This document shows positions 1-8,235 of a stretch of 31,444 bases of DNA, one piece after another. Numbering within the stretch: the first letter of the stretch is position 1; each line of letters starts with the position of its first letter. The notes beneath the pieces were generated by a model. That model had not been told where the DNA came from. It saw nothing but the letters and a program-made list of their open reading frames with translations, and ran no database searches. Source of the DNA: a virus (Duplodnaviria > Caudoviricetes); the IMG/VR virus record IMGVR_UViG_3300042154_001013, positions 1-31,444 of that record; one strand, written 5' to 3'. A program made the translations under genes and the position numbers.

Positions 1-681
1 TGGACTTCTCAGTTAAAGCATGAAGTTAAGCTTGGGCAGTCTATAGCTAAGGGTCAAGCTGTTTATGTGTCTTCTGCTGATGGCACAAACATGATTGTTT
101 CTAAGGCTTCTAACGTTAGTGAGGCTAATTCTTCTAAGACTCTTGGTTTGCTTGAGGCTGGCGGTTTGACTAACGCTAAGGTTAAGGTTATTACTGAAGG
201 TCTTATTTCAGGCTTGAATACGTCTTCAGCGACTGCTGGAGACCCTGTTTGGCTTGGAACCGACGGGAACTTGATCTACGGTTTAACAAACAAGCCTAAA
301 GCCCCACAGCACCTTGTTTTTATTGGTGTTGTAACTAGGGTTAATAACAATAATGGTGAAATTTTTGTTAAAGTTCAAAACGGTTTTGAGCTTAAAGAGT
401 TACATGATGTTCAAATTAATGGGGTCGAAAATAATGATGTTTTAAGTTATGAAGCATCTTCTGGTCTTTGGAAAGCTAGCAAAGCTGCCTTAAGACATAC
501 ACATACACAAGCAGTTGCAGCGACAAGCTGGACTATCACACACAACCTAGGTTATATGCCTAGTATAACCGTTATCGACTCTGGTGGCAATGAAGTTGAG
601 GGGGATATGGTGTATAATGATACAAACACCGTAACAATATCTTTTTCTGCACAAATGTCTGGAATCGCATACTTATCTTAA
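1..681 (+). CDS. Fibre/decoration-like virion protein, 5'-truncated
   Basis: Frame 1 is open from base 1 (WTSQLKHEVKLGQSIAKGQAVYVSSADG...), so the ORF-track start at 67 is internal. It has an 'ELKELHDV' linker and a C-terminal 'WTITHNLG' beta module typical of phage fibre-like proteins. Confidence 0.6.
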   Translation, partial: WTSQLKHEVKLGQSIAKGQAVYVSSADGTNMIVSKASNVSEANSSKTLGLLEAGGLTNAKVKVITEGLISGLNTSSATAGDPVWLGTDGNLIYGLTNKPKAPQHLVFIGVVTRVNNNNGEIFVKVQNGFELKELHDVQINGVENNDVLSYEASSGLWKASKAALRHTHTQAVAATSWTITHNLGYMPSITVIDSGGNEVEGDMVYNDTNTVTISFSAQMSGIAYLS

Positions 682-692
682 GGAAATAAAAA

Positions 693-2150
693 ATGGCAAA
701 ACTTTTTTTGACTAACATTAACCTAAACGGAAATGAAATCTTGAATGCTTCATTCCAGAAGGCTACCACTGCTCCTACCGTGCCAGCTCCTGTTGCGGGT
801 CAGATCTATTACAACACTACTGATGCAGCGTACTATTTTTATGATGGTGCTGCTTGGGATAAGCTAGTTGTTTCTGGCACTATTGTTAACGCTGATATTG
901 CTTCTGGTGCGGCTATTGCTGCAACTAAGATCGCTGGCACGGCTATTACGGCTGCTGACACTGGCACAGTTACTTCTACTATGATCGCTGACGGAACTAT
1001 CGTTAACGGAGACATTAACGCTTCTGCAGCTATTGACAAGACTAAGATTTCTGGTACTGCAGTTACTTTGGGTGACTCTGGTACTGTTACTTCAACTATG
1101 ATTGCTAACGGCACTATTGTTGATGCTGACATTAACTCTTCTGCAGCTATTGCTTTGAGCAAGCTTGCTACTGATCCACTAGCTAGAGCTAACCACACTG
1201 GCACACAGCTTGCTAACACTATTTCAAACTTTGACACTCAGGTTCGCACTAGCAGACTAGATCAGATGGCTGTTCCGACAACTTCTGTTGCTTTAAACAA
1301 CCAAAAGATTACAGGTCTAGCAGATCCTACCGCTGCACAAGATGCAGCTACTAAAGCTTATGTTGATGCTTCACGTCAGGGTCTTGATGTTAAGGATTCT
1401 GTAAGAGTAGCTACTGTCGCTAACGTAACTCTTTCTGGAACACAGACTATTGATACTGTTGCAGTTATTGCTGGCGATAGAGTTTTGGTTAAGAACCAGA
1501 CTACTCCTTCCGAAAACGGTATTTGGGTTGTTGCTGCTGGTGCTTGGGCGAGATCTACTGATGCAGACACTGGAACTAAGTTAACTTCTGGTGCATTCGT
1601 GTTTGTTGAGTCTGGTTCACAGGCTGACTCTGGTTGGGTTATGACTCATGACGGTACAATAGTTATTGGAACTACTTCTATTTCATGGGCTCAGTTCTCT
1701 GGTGCAGGTCAGATTACTGCTGGTGCAGGTATGACAAAGAATGGAAACACTCTTGATGTAGGAACTGCTTCTACAGCTAGAATTGTTGTTAACGCAGATA
1801 ACATTGATCTTGCTACAGTAACTGCATCTAATACTACTCCATCTCAGGGACTTACTTCTGTTAGCACTGTTACTGTTGACAGCTATGGTCGTGTTACAGG
1901 TGTAGGAACTTCTACTCGTAAGTTTGCAGCACAGAACACTTTGCTCACCGCTACTGGTGGTAAGGTTACTTGGACTCTTACACACAACCTTGGAACTAAG
2001 GATGTTGTTGTGCAGTTTAGACAGGTGTCTAACGATGAGCTTGTTGAGGCTGATGTGTTCTTGACTAGCACAACTGTTGCTACGATTGAAATTCTTACTA
2101 CAGCTGCAAGCATTGCTGCTGACACTTACCGCGCAGTTATTATAGCTTAA
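693..2150 (+). CDS. Fibre-like structural protein (485 aa) with 39-aa repeats
   Basis: SD-like AAGGA upstream. T/A/G-rich, with 'DPTAAQDAATKAYVD' and 'GDRVLVKNQT..ENGIW' motifs common in phage fibres, and a C-terminal 'WTLTHNLG' module. Confidence 0.7.
   Translation: MAKLFLTNINLNGNEILNASFQKATTAPTVPAPVAGQIYYNTTDAAYYFYDGAAWDKLVVSGTIVNADIASGAAIAATKIAGTAITAADTGTVTSTMIADGTIVNGDINASAAIDKTKISGTAVTLGDSGTVTSTMIANGTIVDADINSSAAIALSKLATDPLARANHTGTQLANTISNFDTQVRTSRLDQMAVPTTSVALNNQKITGLADPTAAQDAATKAYVDASRQGLDVKDSVRVATVANVTLSGTQTIDTVAVIAGDRVLVKNQTTPSENGIWVVAAGAWARSTDADTGTKLTSGAFVFVESGSQADSGWVMTHDGTIVIGTTSISWAQFSGAGQITAGAGMTKNGNTLDVGTASTARIVVNADNIDLATVTASNTTPSQGLTSVSTVTVDSYGRVTGVGTSTRKFAAQNTLLTATGGKVTWTLTHNLGTKDVVVQFRQVSNDELVEADVFLTSTTVATIEILTTAASIAADTYRAVIIA
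876..1166 (+). repeat. Coding tandem repeat with 117-nt (39-aa) period, about 2.5 copies
   Basis: Units GTIVNADI / GTIVNGDI / GTIVDADI start at 876, 993 and 1110. Confidence 0.9.
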
Positions 2151-2159
2151 GGAAGTTAA

Positions 2160-3764
2160 ATGGCTAAAAAAATATTAGCCGATGTTACGGCTAGCGGGAA
2201 CGTTAGTGCAGCTAAAGGACTTGTTCTTCCGGGTACTACTGCACCTGTTAGCGTTAACGGATCAGTAGGTACTGCTGGGCAAGCTTTAGTTTCTGGCGGC
2301 GCAAACGCAACACCTTCTTGGGCTTCTGTTGTCGGCACATCAAGTAGCTACTTTGCAGGGCATAACCCTGAAGGTAGGTTAATGTATAACACTTACCTAA
2401 CAAATGACATGGCTAACGCTAGGCTTCGAGGTTCAGCTGTATCTGCAACACAGAACGGTAGCCCTTATTCAATCTCAAACGCTAACTGGGATGCCATGTT
2501 TGACGGGACAGCTACTTTCTTTAATATTAGCCCAACAAGCGGATTTACTTTTCCACTTGTAATTACCGTTCCTTTACCTAGAACCTTAACCTATGGTACA
2601 TGGGTTGGGCTAAGTTTTGGAAGCACTACGTTTAGAGCCAATAGCGTTACTATTGAAGTTTTTTCTTTAGACAGCAACTCTTGGGTAAATATTTTTACGA
2701 CTACAACAAACACAAGCGAAGATATTTTTGTTGGAATATCTGGAGTAGCAAATAGCAATGCTACTGGAATTAGCCGAGTTCGCTATACTATTTCAGCACC
2801 TAACAGCACACAATTAAGGCTGCAACATTTGTGGGCCTACAATTTTAACTCTGATATGTGGTCCCAAACAATGATGCCTCGTGCTGGTGGATCTTTTTAT
2901 GGGCCAGTAACAGCTCCAGGTTTAACTTTAAACGGCTCTACATCTCCGATAACTTTAAACACAAACGTCGGCACTTCAGGACAAGTTTTAACCTCTGCAG
3001 GTGCAGGTGCAACACCTACTTGGACAACTCCATCTGCTGGTGGAACATTTACTGGCGGCACTCTTACTAGTGGATTAGTGCTGGCTGCTGGAACTACAAC
3101 TTTGCAGCCTGTAAGATTTCAGTCTGGGACAAACCTGACTACACCTGTTGCTGGTGTGGGCGAGTACGATGGAACTGTATTTTATAAAACTTCTAACACA
3201 AATCCCGGCAGGGCTTTAGATGTGCAAAGCTACTACTATGTTTCTAATTCAACATATTTTGTCGATGCTTCAAGCGGTTCAGTAAATATACCTTTAATAG
3301 GTGCTAGCGTGACAGCGGTTAATGGTGTAAACGTGGCCTCTGGAACAACCTATGAATATGAAGTTGTTGTTGCACTTGAAGGAGGTTTCTTTGCAGGGCA
3401 ACCAAGCCAAACCCCAACAATAAACTTAACTTCCACAACAATATCTGGAACACCTACAGTAGCTCACACAACCATTCTTGAGACAGGAAATAACACTACA
3501 GGTTTTAATAATCCGATAACTTTAGGTGCAACTAGGATTACAGGAGCAACAGCTTTAACTGCTCTCACAACTGGAGTAAGGTATTATTTAATTAAAATGA
3601 GTGGGACTGTAAGAGTTACAGGCTCTGGCGTTGCTAGGATTGTGCCTACTGTAAACTTTAATGCAGGCTCATCTGAAAATGGTTGGTCTGTTTTATCTGG
3701 AGCAAAATTTAAATTAACACCAATTGGTAATGGCACTGTCACTTCAGTTGGAGCGTGGGCATAA
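2160..3764 (+). CDS. Fibre-like / putative adhesin protein (534 aa)
   Basis: Two 'VGT.GQ.L.S.G..ATP.W' fibre motifs flank an aromatic-rich beta domain. S/T/G-rich. Confidence 0.65.
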   Translation: MAKKILADVTASGNVSAAKGLVLPGTTAPVSVNGSVGTAGQALVSGGANATPSWASVVGTSSSYFAGHNPEGRLMYNTYLTNDMANARLRGSAVSATQNGSPYSISNANWDAMFDGTATFFNISPTSGFTFPLVITVPLPRTLTYGTWVGLSFGSTTFRANSVTIEVFSLDSNSWVNIFTTTTNTSEDIFVGISGVANSNATGISRVRYTISAPNSTQLRLQHLWAYNFNSDMWSQTMMPRAGGSFYGPVTAPGLTLNGSTSPITLNTNVGTSGQVLTSAGAGATPTWTTPSAGGTFTGGTLTSGLVLAAGTTTLQPVRFQSGTNLTTPVAGVGEYDGTVFYKTSNTNPGRALDVQSYYYVSNSTYFVDASSGSVNIPLIGASVTAVNGVNVASGTTYEYEVVVALEGGFFAGQPSQTPTINLTSTTISGTPTVAHTTILETGNNTTGFNNPITLGATRITGATALTALTTGVRYYLIKMSGTVRVTGSGVARIVPTVNFNAGSSENGWSVLSGAKFKLTPIGNGTVTSVGAWA

Positions 3765-3925
3765 TGGATGATATAAGAAAACATTTAGAGGCTTGGAAAA
3801 AAGATGGCATGACTAATGCTTCAGCTTTAGAGGCAGGTCATGGAGCTATTCTTTTGCTTTTAGCTAAAGTAGAAAAGCTAGAAAAACAGATCAAAGATCT
3901 TGAAGAAAACAATAAGGTAGAATAG
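3764..3925 (+). CDS. Small coiled-coil protein (53 aa), possible fibre chaperone; missing from the ORF track
   Basis: TAATG stop/start overlap with the upstream gene. Translates to MDDIRKHLEAWKKDGMTNASALEAGHGAILLLLAKVEKLEKQIKDLEENNKVE* and fills the intergenic gap exactly. Confidence 0.75.
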   Translation: MDDIRKHLEAWKKDGMTNASALEAGHGAILLLLAKVEKLEKQIKDLEENNKVE

Positions 3926-3929
3926 AGAC

Positions 3930-4325
3930 ATGGCAGATATCACACCCCCAGACTATAACACTCCTATCGGTCAAGTACGCTTACTTATTCCGGACACAGA
4001 GCAGCTTGAAGACCCTAAAGATCTTACTGCTCCAGATCAGTATATCTTCAGCGACGCCCAGCTACAGGCCTTCATCGTGCTCTACAACAATAACGTCAAG
4101 AGAGCTGCAGCTGCCGCCAAACTCGCTCTAGCAACCTCTGAAGCCCTAATTAGCAAGGTTATAAAGACCTACGACTTCTCAACTGACGGAGCTAAGCTTG
4201 GTGCTGAACTTCGTGCACAAGCTAAGCAGCTACAGGATGAAGCACGTGAAGATGACATGTACGACTCTTATGACACATTTATTGTTGTTGCACCTAAAGA
4301 AAAGTGGGATAACGAGTGGCTTTAA
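3930..4325 (+). CDS. Head-to-tail adaptor
   Basis: 'IGQVRLLIPD...IFSDAQL' N-terminus typical of actinophage adaptors; first gene of the neck cluster. Confidence 0.7.
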   Translation: MADITPPDYNTPIGQVRLLIPDTEQLEDPKDLTAPDQYIFSDAQLQAFIVLYNNNVKRAAAAAKLALATSEALISKVIKTYDFSTDGAKLGAELRAQAKQLQDEAREDDMYDSYDTFIVVAPKEKWDNEWL

Positions 4326-4789
4326 ACAAGCGTCCAATATTGGACCCACGTTGGGTAACCCACCACGCACCAGTTGAAGATGGGTTTGCTTTAGCTTACA
4401 TAGAAATTTTTAAACCAAACAACTCTGAAAAAGTTTACAACGCCACAACAAACACTTGGTCTGTAGATACCACTGTGCTGTACAAGGGTTGGGCTAGGAT
4501 TCAACCTAACAGACCTTTTACCACAGCTGAAGGTGCAAATGATTTTGTGCCTGCATCTAGCAAAGATGTTGCAATGTTTTTTAATATTATGAAAAATGAT
4601 ATTGCAGGCTTTAACCAAACCATTGCAGATATCCGTCCAGGGTATGAAGTTAAGGTAGTTAAAGCTCCTGTGGATGCTCAGATGAAAAATTTTAGTTACG
4701 TAGTTAAGTCTGTTATGAACAGCTCAAACACTTGGTCTAGAGGTATCGTGTGCGAAGTTAATCAAGAAACGAAACCTAACTATGCCTAA
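4316..4789 (+). CDS. Head-to-tail stopper (DUF6093-like)
   Basis: GTG start overlapping the previous gene; 'YNATT...LYKGWARIQP' motif; position in the neck cluster. Confidence 0.65.
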   Translation: MALNKRPILDPRWVTHHAPVEDGFALAYIEIFKPNNSEKVYNATTNTWSVDTTVLYKGWARIQPNRPFTTAEGANDFVPASSKDVAMFFNIMKNDIAGFNQTIADIRPGYEVKVVKAPVDAQMKNFSYVVKSVMNSSNTWSRGIVCEVNQETKPNYA

Positions 4790-5321
4790 AAGCTCAGTTG
4801 ATCTTGAAAAAAGCCTTGAAAAAGAATTTGAAAAGGTTAGACTTATTATTGGTAGAGGTGCTAGAACTGGTGCAATAGAGACACGTAAAAATATTTTAGG
4901 TGGCTCACCTACAGGGACTCAATGGCACATACAGGCAAACCGTAGACGCAACAACGCTTACGGAGCTCGTAGGGAAACAGGCAAGATGCTTGACTCTGTA
5001 GCTTATAGTCGTGCTAAATGGGATCCTCAAACTAAAAGCTATAGAGCTAGCTTTGGTTTCCCTTACGCTCCAGGCACATTTGGCAATATCAAGAATGTTA
5101 GATCTTCAGCTAAGTATGCTGCTAGAATAGATACTATGCGGGCACCAAACTTTAAACCTTGGGCTAGCGATAAAAACTATTTTGCTATGCAAGAATACGG
5201 GTCTGAAATGCCAGGCAGTAACGTTAAACGTGGCATGCATTCTACTAGGCGAGCTATGGTTCTTGTTAAAAAACAGATTGAAGCCGAAATGTCCAGACTA
5301 TATAAAAAGGGTAAGAAATGA
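4782..5321 (+). CDS. Neck / tail-completion protein (HK97 gp10-like)
   Basis: Basic protein with 'RRETGKMLDSV' and 'YFAMQEYG' motifs, located between stopper and terminator genes. Confidence 0.6.
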   Translation: MPKSSVDLEKSLEKEFEKVRLIIGRGARTGAIETRKNILGGSPTGTQWHIQANRRRNNAYGARRETGKMLDSVAYSRAKWDPQTKSYRASFGFPYAPGTFGNIKNVRSSAKYAARIDTMRAPNFKPWASDKNYFAMQEYGSEMPGSNVKRGMHSTRRAMVLVKKQIEAEMSRLYKKGKK

Positions 5322-5749
5322 CTTTATCTTTACTTCCAACACAGGATGCTATTGTGGCTAAGCTTTCAGAGCTTCCACAGACAGTTTATGAAAACACTGT
5401 CCCGACTGACGACATGCTAGAGTACGCTGGTGGGCAGATGCTACCGTTTATTGTGCCAATGTTTGGCGGCTATTCTAGAGCCATGGTTGGTAGGGGTATC
5501 ACTTCTGTGCGCCACGACCTTGGAGAAAGCTATGTTTCAGTGGCTTGTGTCGGTCCAACCGAAAGATCTGCTAGGCAGGTAGCTGACCTAGTTTTAAATA
5601 AACTTACTGGATTTAAGCCAGTAAATGCTGGGGAGCTTACTCCAGCACCAAGTACTGGTTCTCTAGTATTTGATAATTCAGTAAAACCCATAAAATACAT
5701 ATCTGAGATCACTTTTATTTTTTATGTGAACACAGATGTGGTATCATAG
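5318..5749 (+). CDS. Tail terminator protein
   Basis: ATGA overlap; 143 aa; position upstream of the major tail protein. Confidence 0.6.
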   Translation: MTLSLLPTQDAIVAKLSELPQTVYENTVPTDDMLEYAGGQMLPFIVPMFGGYSRAMVGRGITSVRHDLGESYVSVACVGPTERSARQVADLVLNKLTGFKPVNAGELTPAPSTGSLVFDNSVKPIKYISEITFIFYVNTDVVS

Positions 5750-5770
5750 TAAAGATAGGAAAGGACCATC

Positions 5771-5983
5771 ATGGCACTTTTTAAACACAAGCTTACTGGC
5801 CAGATCGTTGATGCGCCTGCGCATTACGGCAAGCACCCTGTATTGGGTCGTAACCTGATTCCAGTAGACGCTGAGATTCCACCTGCGGTGGAGACGAAGC
5901 ACAAAACAGAAGCTCCTGCGGCACTACCTCCGGTAGAGGTCGAAAAGGGCGAAACCCTAATCATCGAGAACGAGGAAAACTAA
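5771..5983 (+). CDS. Small hypothetical protein
   Basis: SD AAGGA; 70 aa; stop is 1 nt before the major tail protein start. Confidence 0.7.
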   Translation: MALFKHKLTGQIVDAPAHYGKHPVLGRNLIPVDAEIPPAVETKHKTEAPAALPPVEVEKGETLIIENEEN

Positions 5984-5984
5984 T

Positions 5985-7061
5985 ATGGCTACTAAAATGC
6001 TACGCCCTAATGTGGGTATATATGTTGCTACCGCAGATGCTTTTGCTAACTGGCAGAGTCCAACTCTTACAGAAATCTCTAGCGCCGTTAAGGTATTTGA
6101 CATTTCACAGGCCGTCACTGACGACTATACACTAAACCAGACTGAATCTCAGTCAGACAACTCATTGTCTATTGTTGACAATGCAGATGTTACCACTCCA
6201 ACCTACTACAACTACGAGGCTTCCCTTGATGGTTTCCGCGACCAGAACTTGACTGCAACTTCAGTTTACAACAAGTTCCGCGACCTATTTAAGACTCCTG
6301 ACGTTAAGTACTACCTTATCAAGCGTGTTGGTCTTGCACACGATGCAGATTTTGCTCTAGGGCAAGAGATCAGCATCTTTGGTGTTAAGACTGACTTCCC
6401 AACTGAACTTGTTGGCGATGGCGAAATGGTACGTATGGGAGCTCGTTTCCTAACTACAGGTGAAGTTGCTGTTAACGTAGCTGTTGCTGCAGGAACTCTA
6501 GGCACAGGCCCAGAACTTCGTGCAACTCTAGGAACCAAGTCTACTTCAAACGGTAAGATCAAGGTTGTTTGGGTTCCAGCTGCTGATGTAACAAGCGAAT
6601 CAGCTTTCATCTCAGCACCAGACATTGACATTATCAATGGTGGAGTTGACCTAACTGAAGCTATTGCTTTCGATGGTTACGAGCTAGGTGCTCAGGACTC
6701 AAACAAGATTGACGACCGTTCAATCATTGACGAAGGTCAGGTACAGGTTCGTGGTTTTGCACAGTTCTCTGCATCTCTAACTTTCTTCCGTGATGGCGAC
6801 CTAGACGACGCTACAAGCGTTTACAACGTTGCACGTGAAGTCTTTAAGGCGTCAACTGATGGAACTCGTCCAACCGGATTCCTAGTTACACGCATCAACA
6901 AGGCTGCTGGCCCTGATGTTGCTGCTGGTGAAGTTGTATCTGTATACAAGTTCATTGCAGACGCATACATGGACAACACCGAAGGTGAAGACAGCGTTAA
7001 GTTCATGGTCAACTTTGCCCCACAGGGTAAGCTTGGCGTAATGGTTACTGCTGCAGCTTAG
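5985..7061 (+). CDS. Major tail (tube) protein with two tandem tube domains
   Basis: Position before the chaperone and tape measure genes; codon usage suggests high expression. Internal duplication YEASLDGFRD..TSVYNKFRDLFK versus FSASLTFFRD..TSVYNVAREVFK. Confidence 0.85.
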   Translation: MATKMLRPNVGIYVATADAFANWQSPTLTEISSAVKVFDISQAVTDDYTLNQTESQSDNSLSIVDNADVTTPTYYNYEASLDGFRDQNLTATSVYNKFRDLFKTPDVKYYLIKRVGLAHDADFALGQEISIFGVKTDFPTELVGDGEMVRMGARFLTTGEVAVNVAVAAGTLGTGPELRATLGTKSTSNGKIKVVWVPAADVTSESAFISAPDIDIINGGVDLTEAIAFDGYELGAQDSNKIDDRSIIDEGQVQVRGFAQFSASLTFFRDGDLDDATSVYNVAREVFKASTDGTRPTGFLVTRINKAAGPDVAAGEVVSVYKFIADAYMDNTEGEDSVKFMVNFAPQGKLGVMVTAAA

Positions 7062-7070
7062 TCATAGACT

Positions 7071-7114
7071 AGTCGGGGTGGTGACTTGCGCCCATTTGCG
7101 CCACCCCGACTTTA
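7071..7114 (+). terminator. 13-bp GC-rich hairpin with 15-nt loop after the major tail gene (terminator, stabiliser or regulatory hairpin)
   Basis: AGTCGGGGTGGTG (7071-7083) pairs with CGCCACCCCGACT (7099-7111) with one G-U; only a short U tract follows. Confidence 0.65.
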
Positions 7115-7158
7115 AACCCCTTTAATGTGCGAAACTAAAATTTACGAAAGGCGCAATA

Positions 7159-7797
7159 ATGAGCGAAGATATTACATCTGCAGAACAGTCTGCAGCAGAA
7201 ACAAAAGCTAGTGATGTTGCTGATGAGATCTTAAAGATCGCTGAAAGCGCACAATCACAAGGAGTGTTCAACTTAAGCGAAGTTGTTAAAGGTAGGGGTT
7301 ACCCAACTAAAGAAGCTACTATCTATCTTGATGGTGCGGCTGCGTTTGAACTTGCTGAGCTAAACGACATCATGAAGTATGACTTTGATGGCGACAGTAT
7401 GATTGAGAACGAGAATAAGGCAAAAGAAATTGCTGAAAGAATTAAAAAGTCTGCAATTACTTTTGTTATGCGTGGCGTAAGCCAGAAGATTGTTGAAGAC
7501 ACTATTAAGCAAACTAACCTAAAGTATCCGCCAGAGGCTGGAAGAAATGAAGCTAGCGATAACCCTGAGTGGGTTAAATACTATATTGCTTCTTTGATTG
7601 CACAAAACATTGTAAAGGTCATTGACGCTAACGGTAATGTTGATGATCATGTTTACACTGCTGAAGAGATGCTTGATATTCGTGAGTCTATTGCTACTGA
7701 CTCTTGGAACACGCTTGTTGAGAACATGCAGAAGCTAACTCTTGCTAGCGGCTATTTTGAACAATTAACGGATGCAGGTTTTTTACCGAAGTCTTAA
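7159..7797 (+). CDS. Tail assembly chaperone (gpG-like)
   Basis: Lies between the major tail and tape measure genes and ends just after a slippery site. Confidence 0.85.
   Translation: MSEDITSAEQSAAETKASDVADEILKIAESAQSQGVFNLSEVVKGRGYPTKEATIYLDGAAAFELAELNDIMKYDFDGDSMIENENKAKEIAERIKKSAITFVMRGVSQKIVEDTIKQTNLKYPPEAGRNEASDNPEWVKYYIASLIAQNIVKVIDANGNVDDHVYTAEEMLDIRESIATDSWNTLVENMQKLTLASGYFEQLTDAGFLPKS
7779..7785 (+). other. -1 programmed ribosomal frameshift slippery heptamer T TTT TTA
   Basis: In-frame codons GGT TTT TTA. The -1 frame is open (FTEVLTWPGNRSYLVK...) and runs into ORF 7869-8201. Confidence 0.85.
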
Positions 7798-8201
7798 CCT
7801 GGCCCGGCAATCGTTCGTATCTGGTTAAGATAAAAACTGCTATCACTAATGGTATTCGCCCAGTCGCCATGTTGTTCCATGAACAGCCTGGCGACCCTTG
7901 GGTGCCATTTGATTTTATGCTTATAGAAGCATACCAAAACCTTCAAGATGAAACTTGTAATGAGTGCGGTAATCCTGTGTGGGTGTGCCGTAATGAAGAA
8001 GCCGGCAACGTTGGCTTTAAGGTTAAGGTTGGTAAATGTTTTGCTAAGGTTGAGTTAGATAAGTGGCTTGAAAAAGATTCTAAAAAGAATCGCAAGACTT
8101 ATGGTGAGCTCCCTTACATTGTTGCTTACACGTATAATGGCGGCCCTATGCCTACTCGCATGTCTTACTTGAGATCTCTCATGGAAAAGGATAGTGTATA
8201 A
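7782..8201 (+). CDS. Frameshift extension of the tail assembly chaperone (gpGT-like; fusion about 347 aa)
   Basis: No clear SD before ATG 7869; frame open from the slippery site; contains CNEC...C...C motif. Confidence 0.8.
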   Translation, partial: FTEVLTWPGNRSYLVKIKTAITNGIRPVAMLFHEQPGDPWVPFDFMLIEAYQNLQDETCNECGNPVWVCRNEEAGNVGFKVKVGKCFAKVELDKWLEKDSKKNRKTYGELPYIVAYTYNGGPMPTRMSYLRSLMEKDSV

Positions 8202-8203
8202 TA
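8192..8203 (+). promoter_or_regulatory. Candidate -10 promoter element TAGTGTATAATA upstream of the tape measure gene
   Basis: Consensus TATAAT; identical 12-mer at 24149-24160. Confidence 0.45.
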
Positions 8204-8235
8204 CTTATATACGATTTATCTGATTTAGGAGAAAA

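Noticed and set aside
67-69. ORF-track start of the first gene
   Set aside because: The frame is open back to base 1, so the gene starts outside the window.
876-1166. CRISPR array or diversity-generating-retroelement repeat
   Set aside because: The repeats are degenerate at synonymous positions and in-frame coding, with no spacers, and no reverse transcriptase or cas gene is present in the window.
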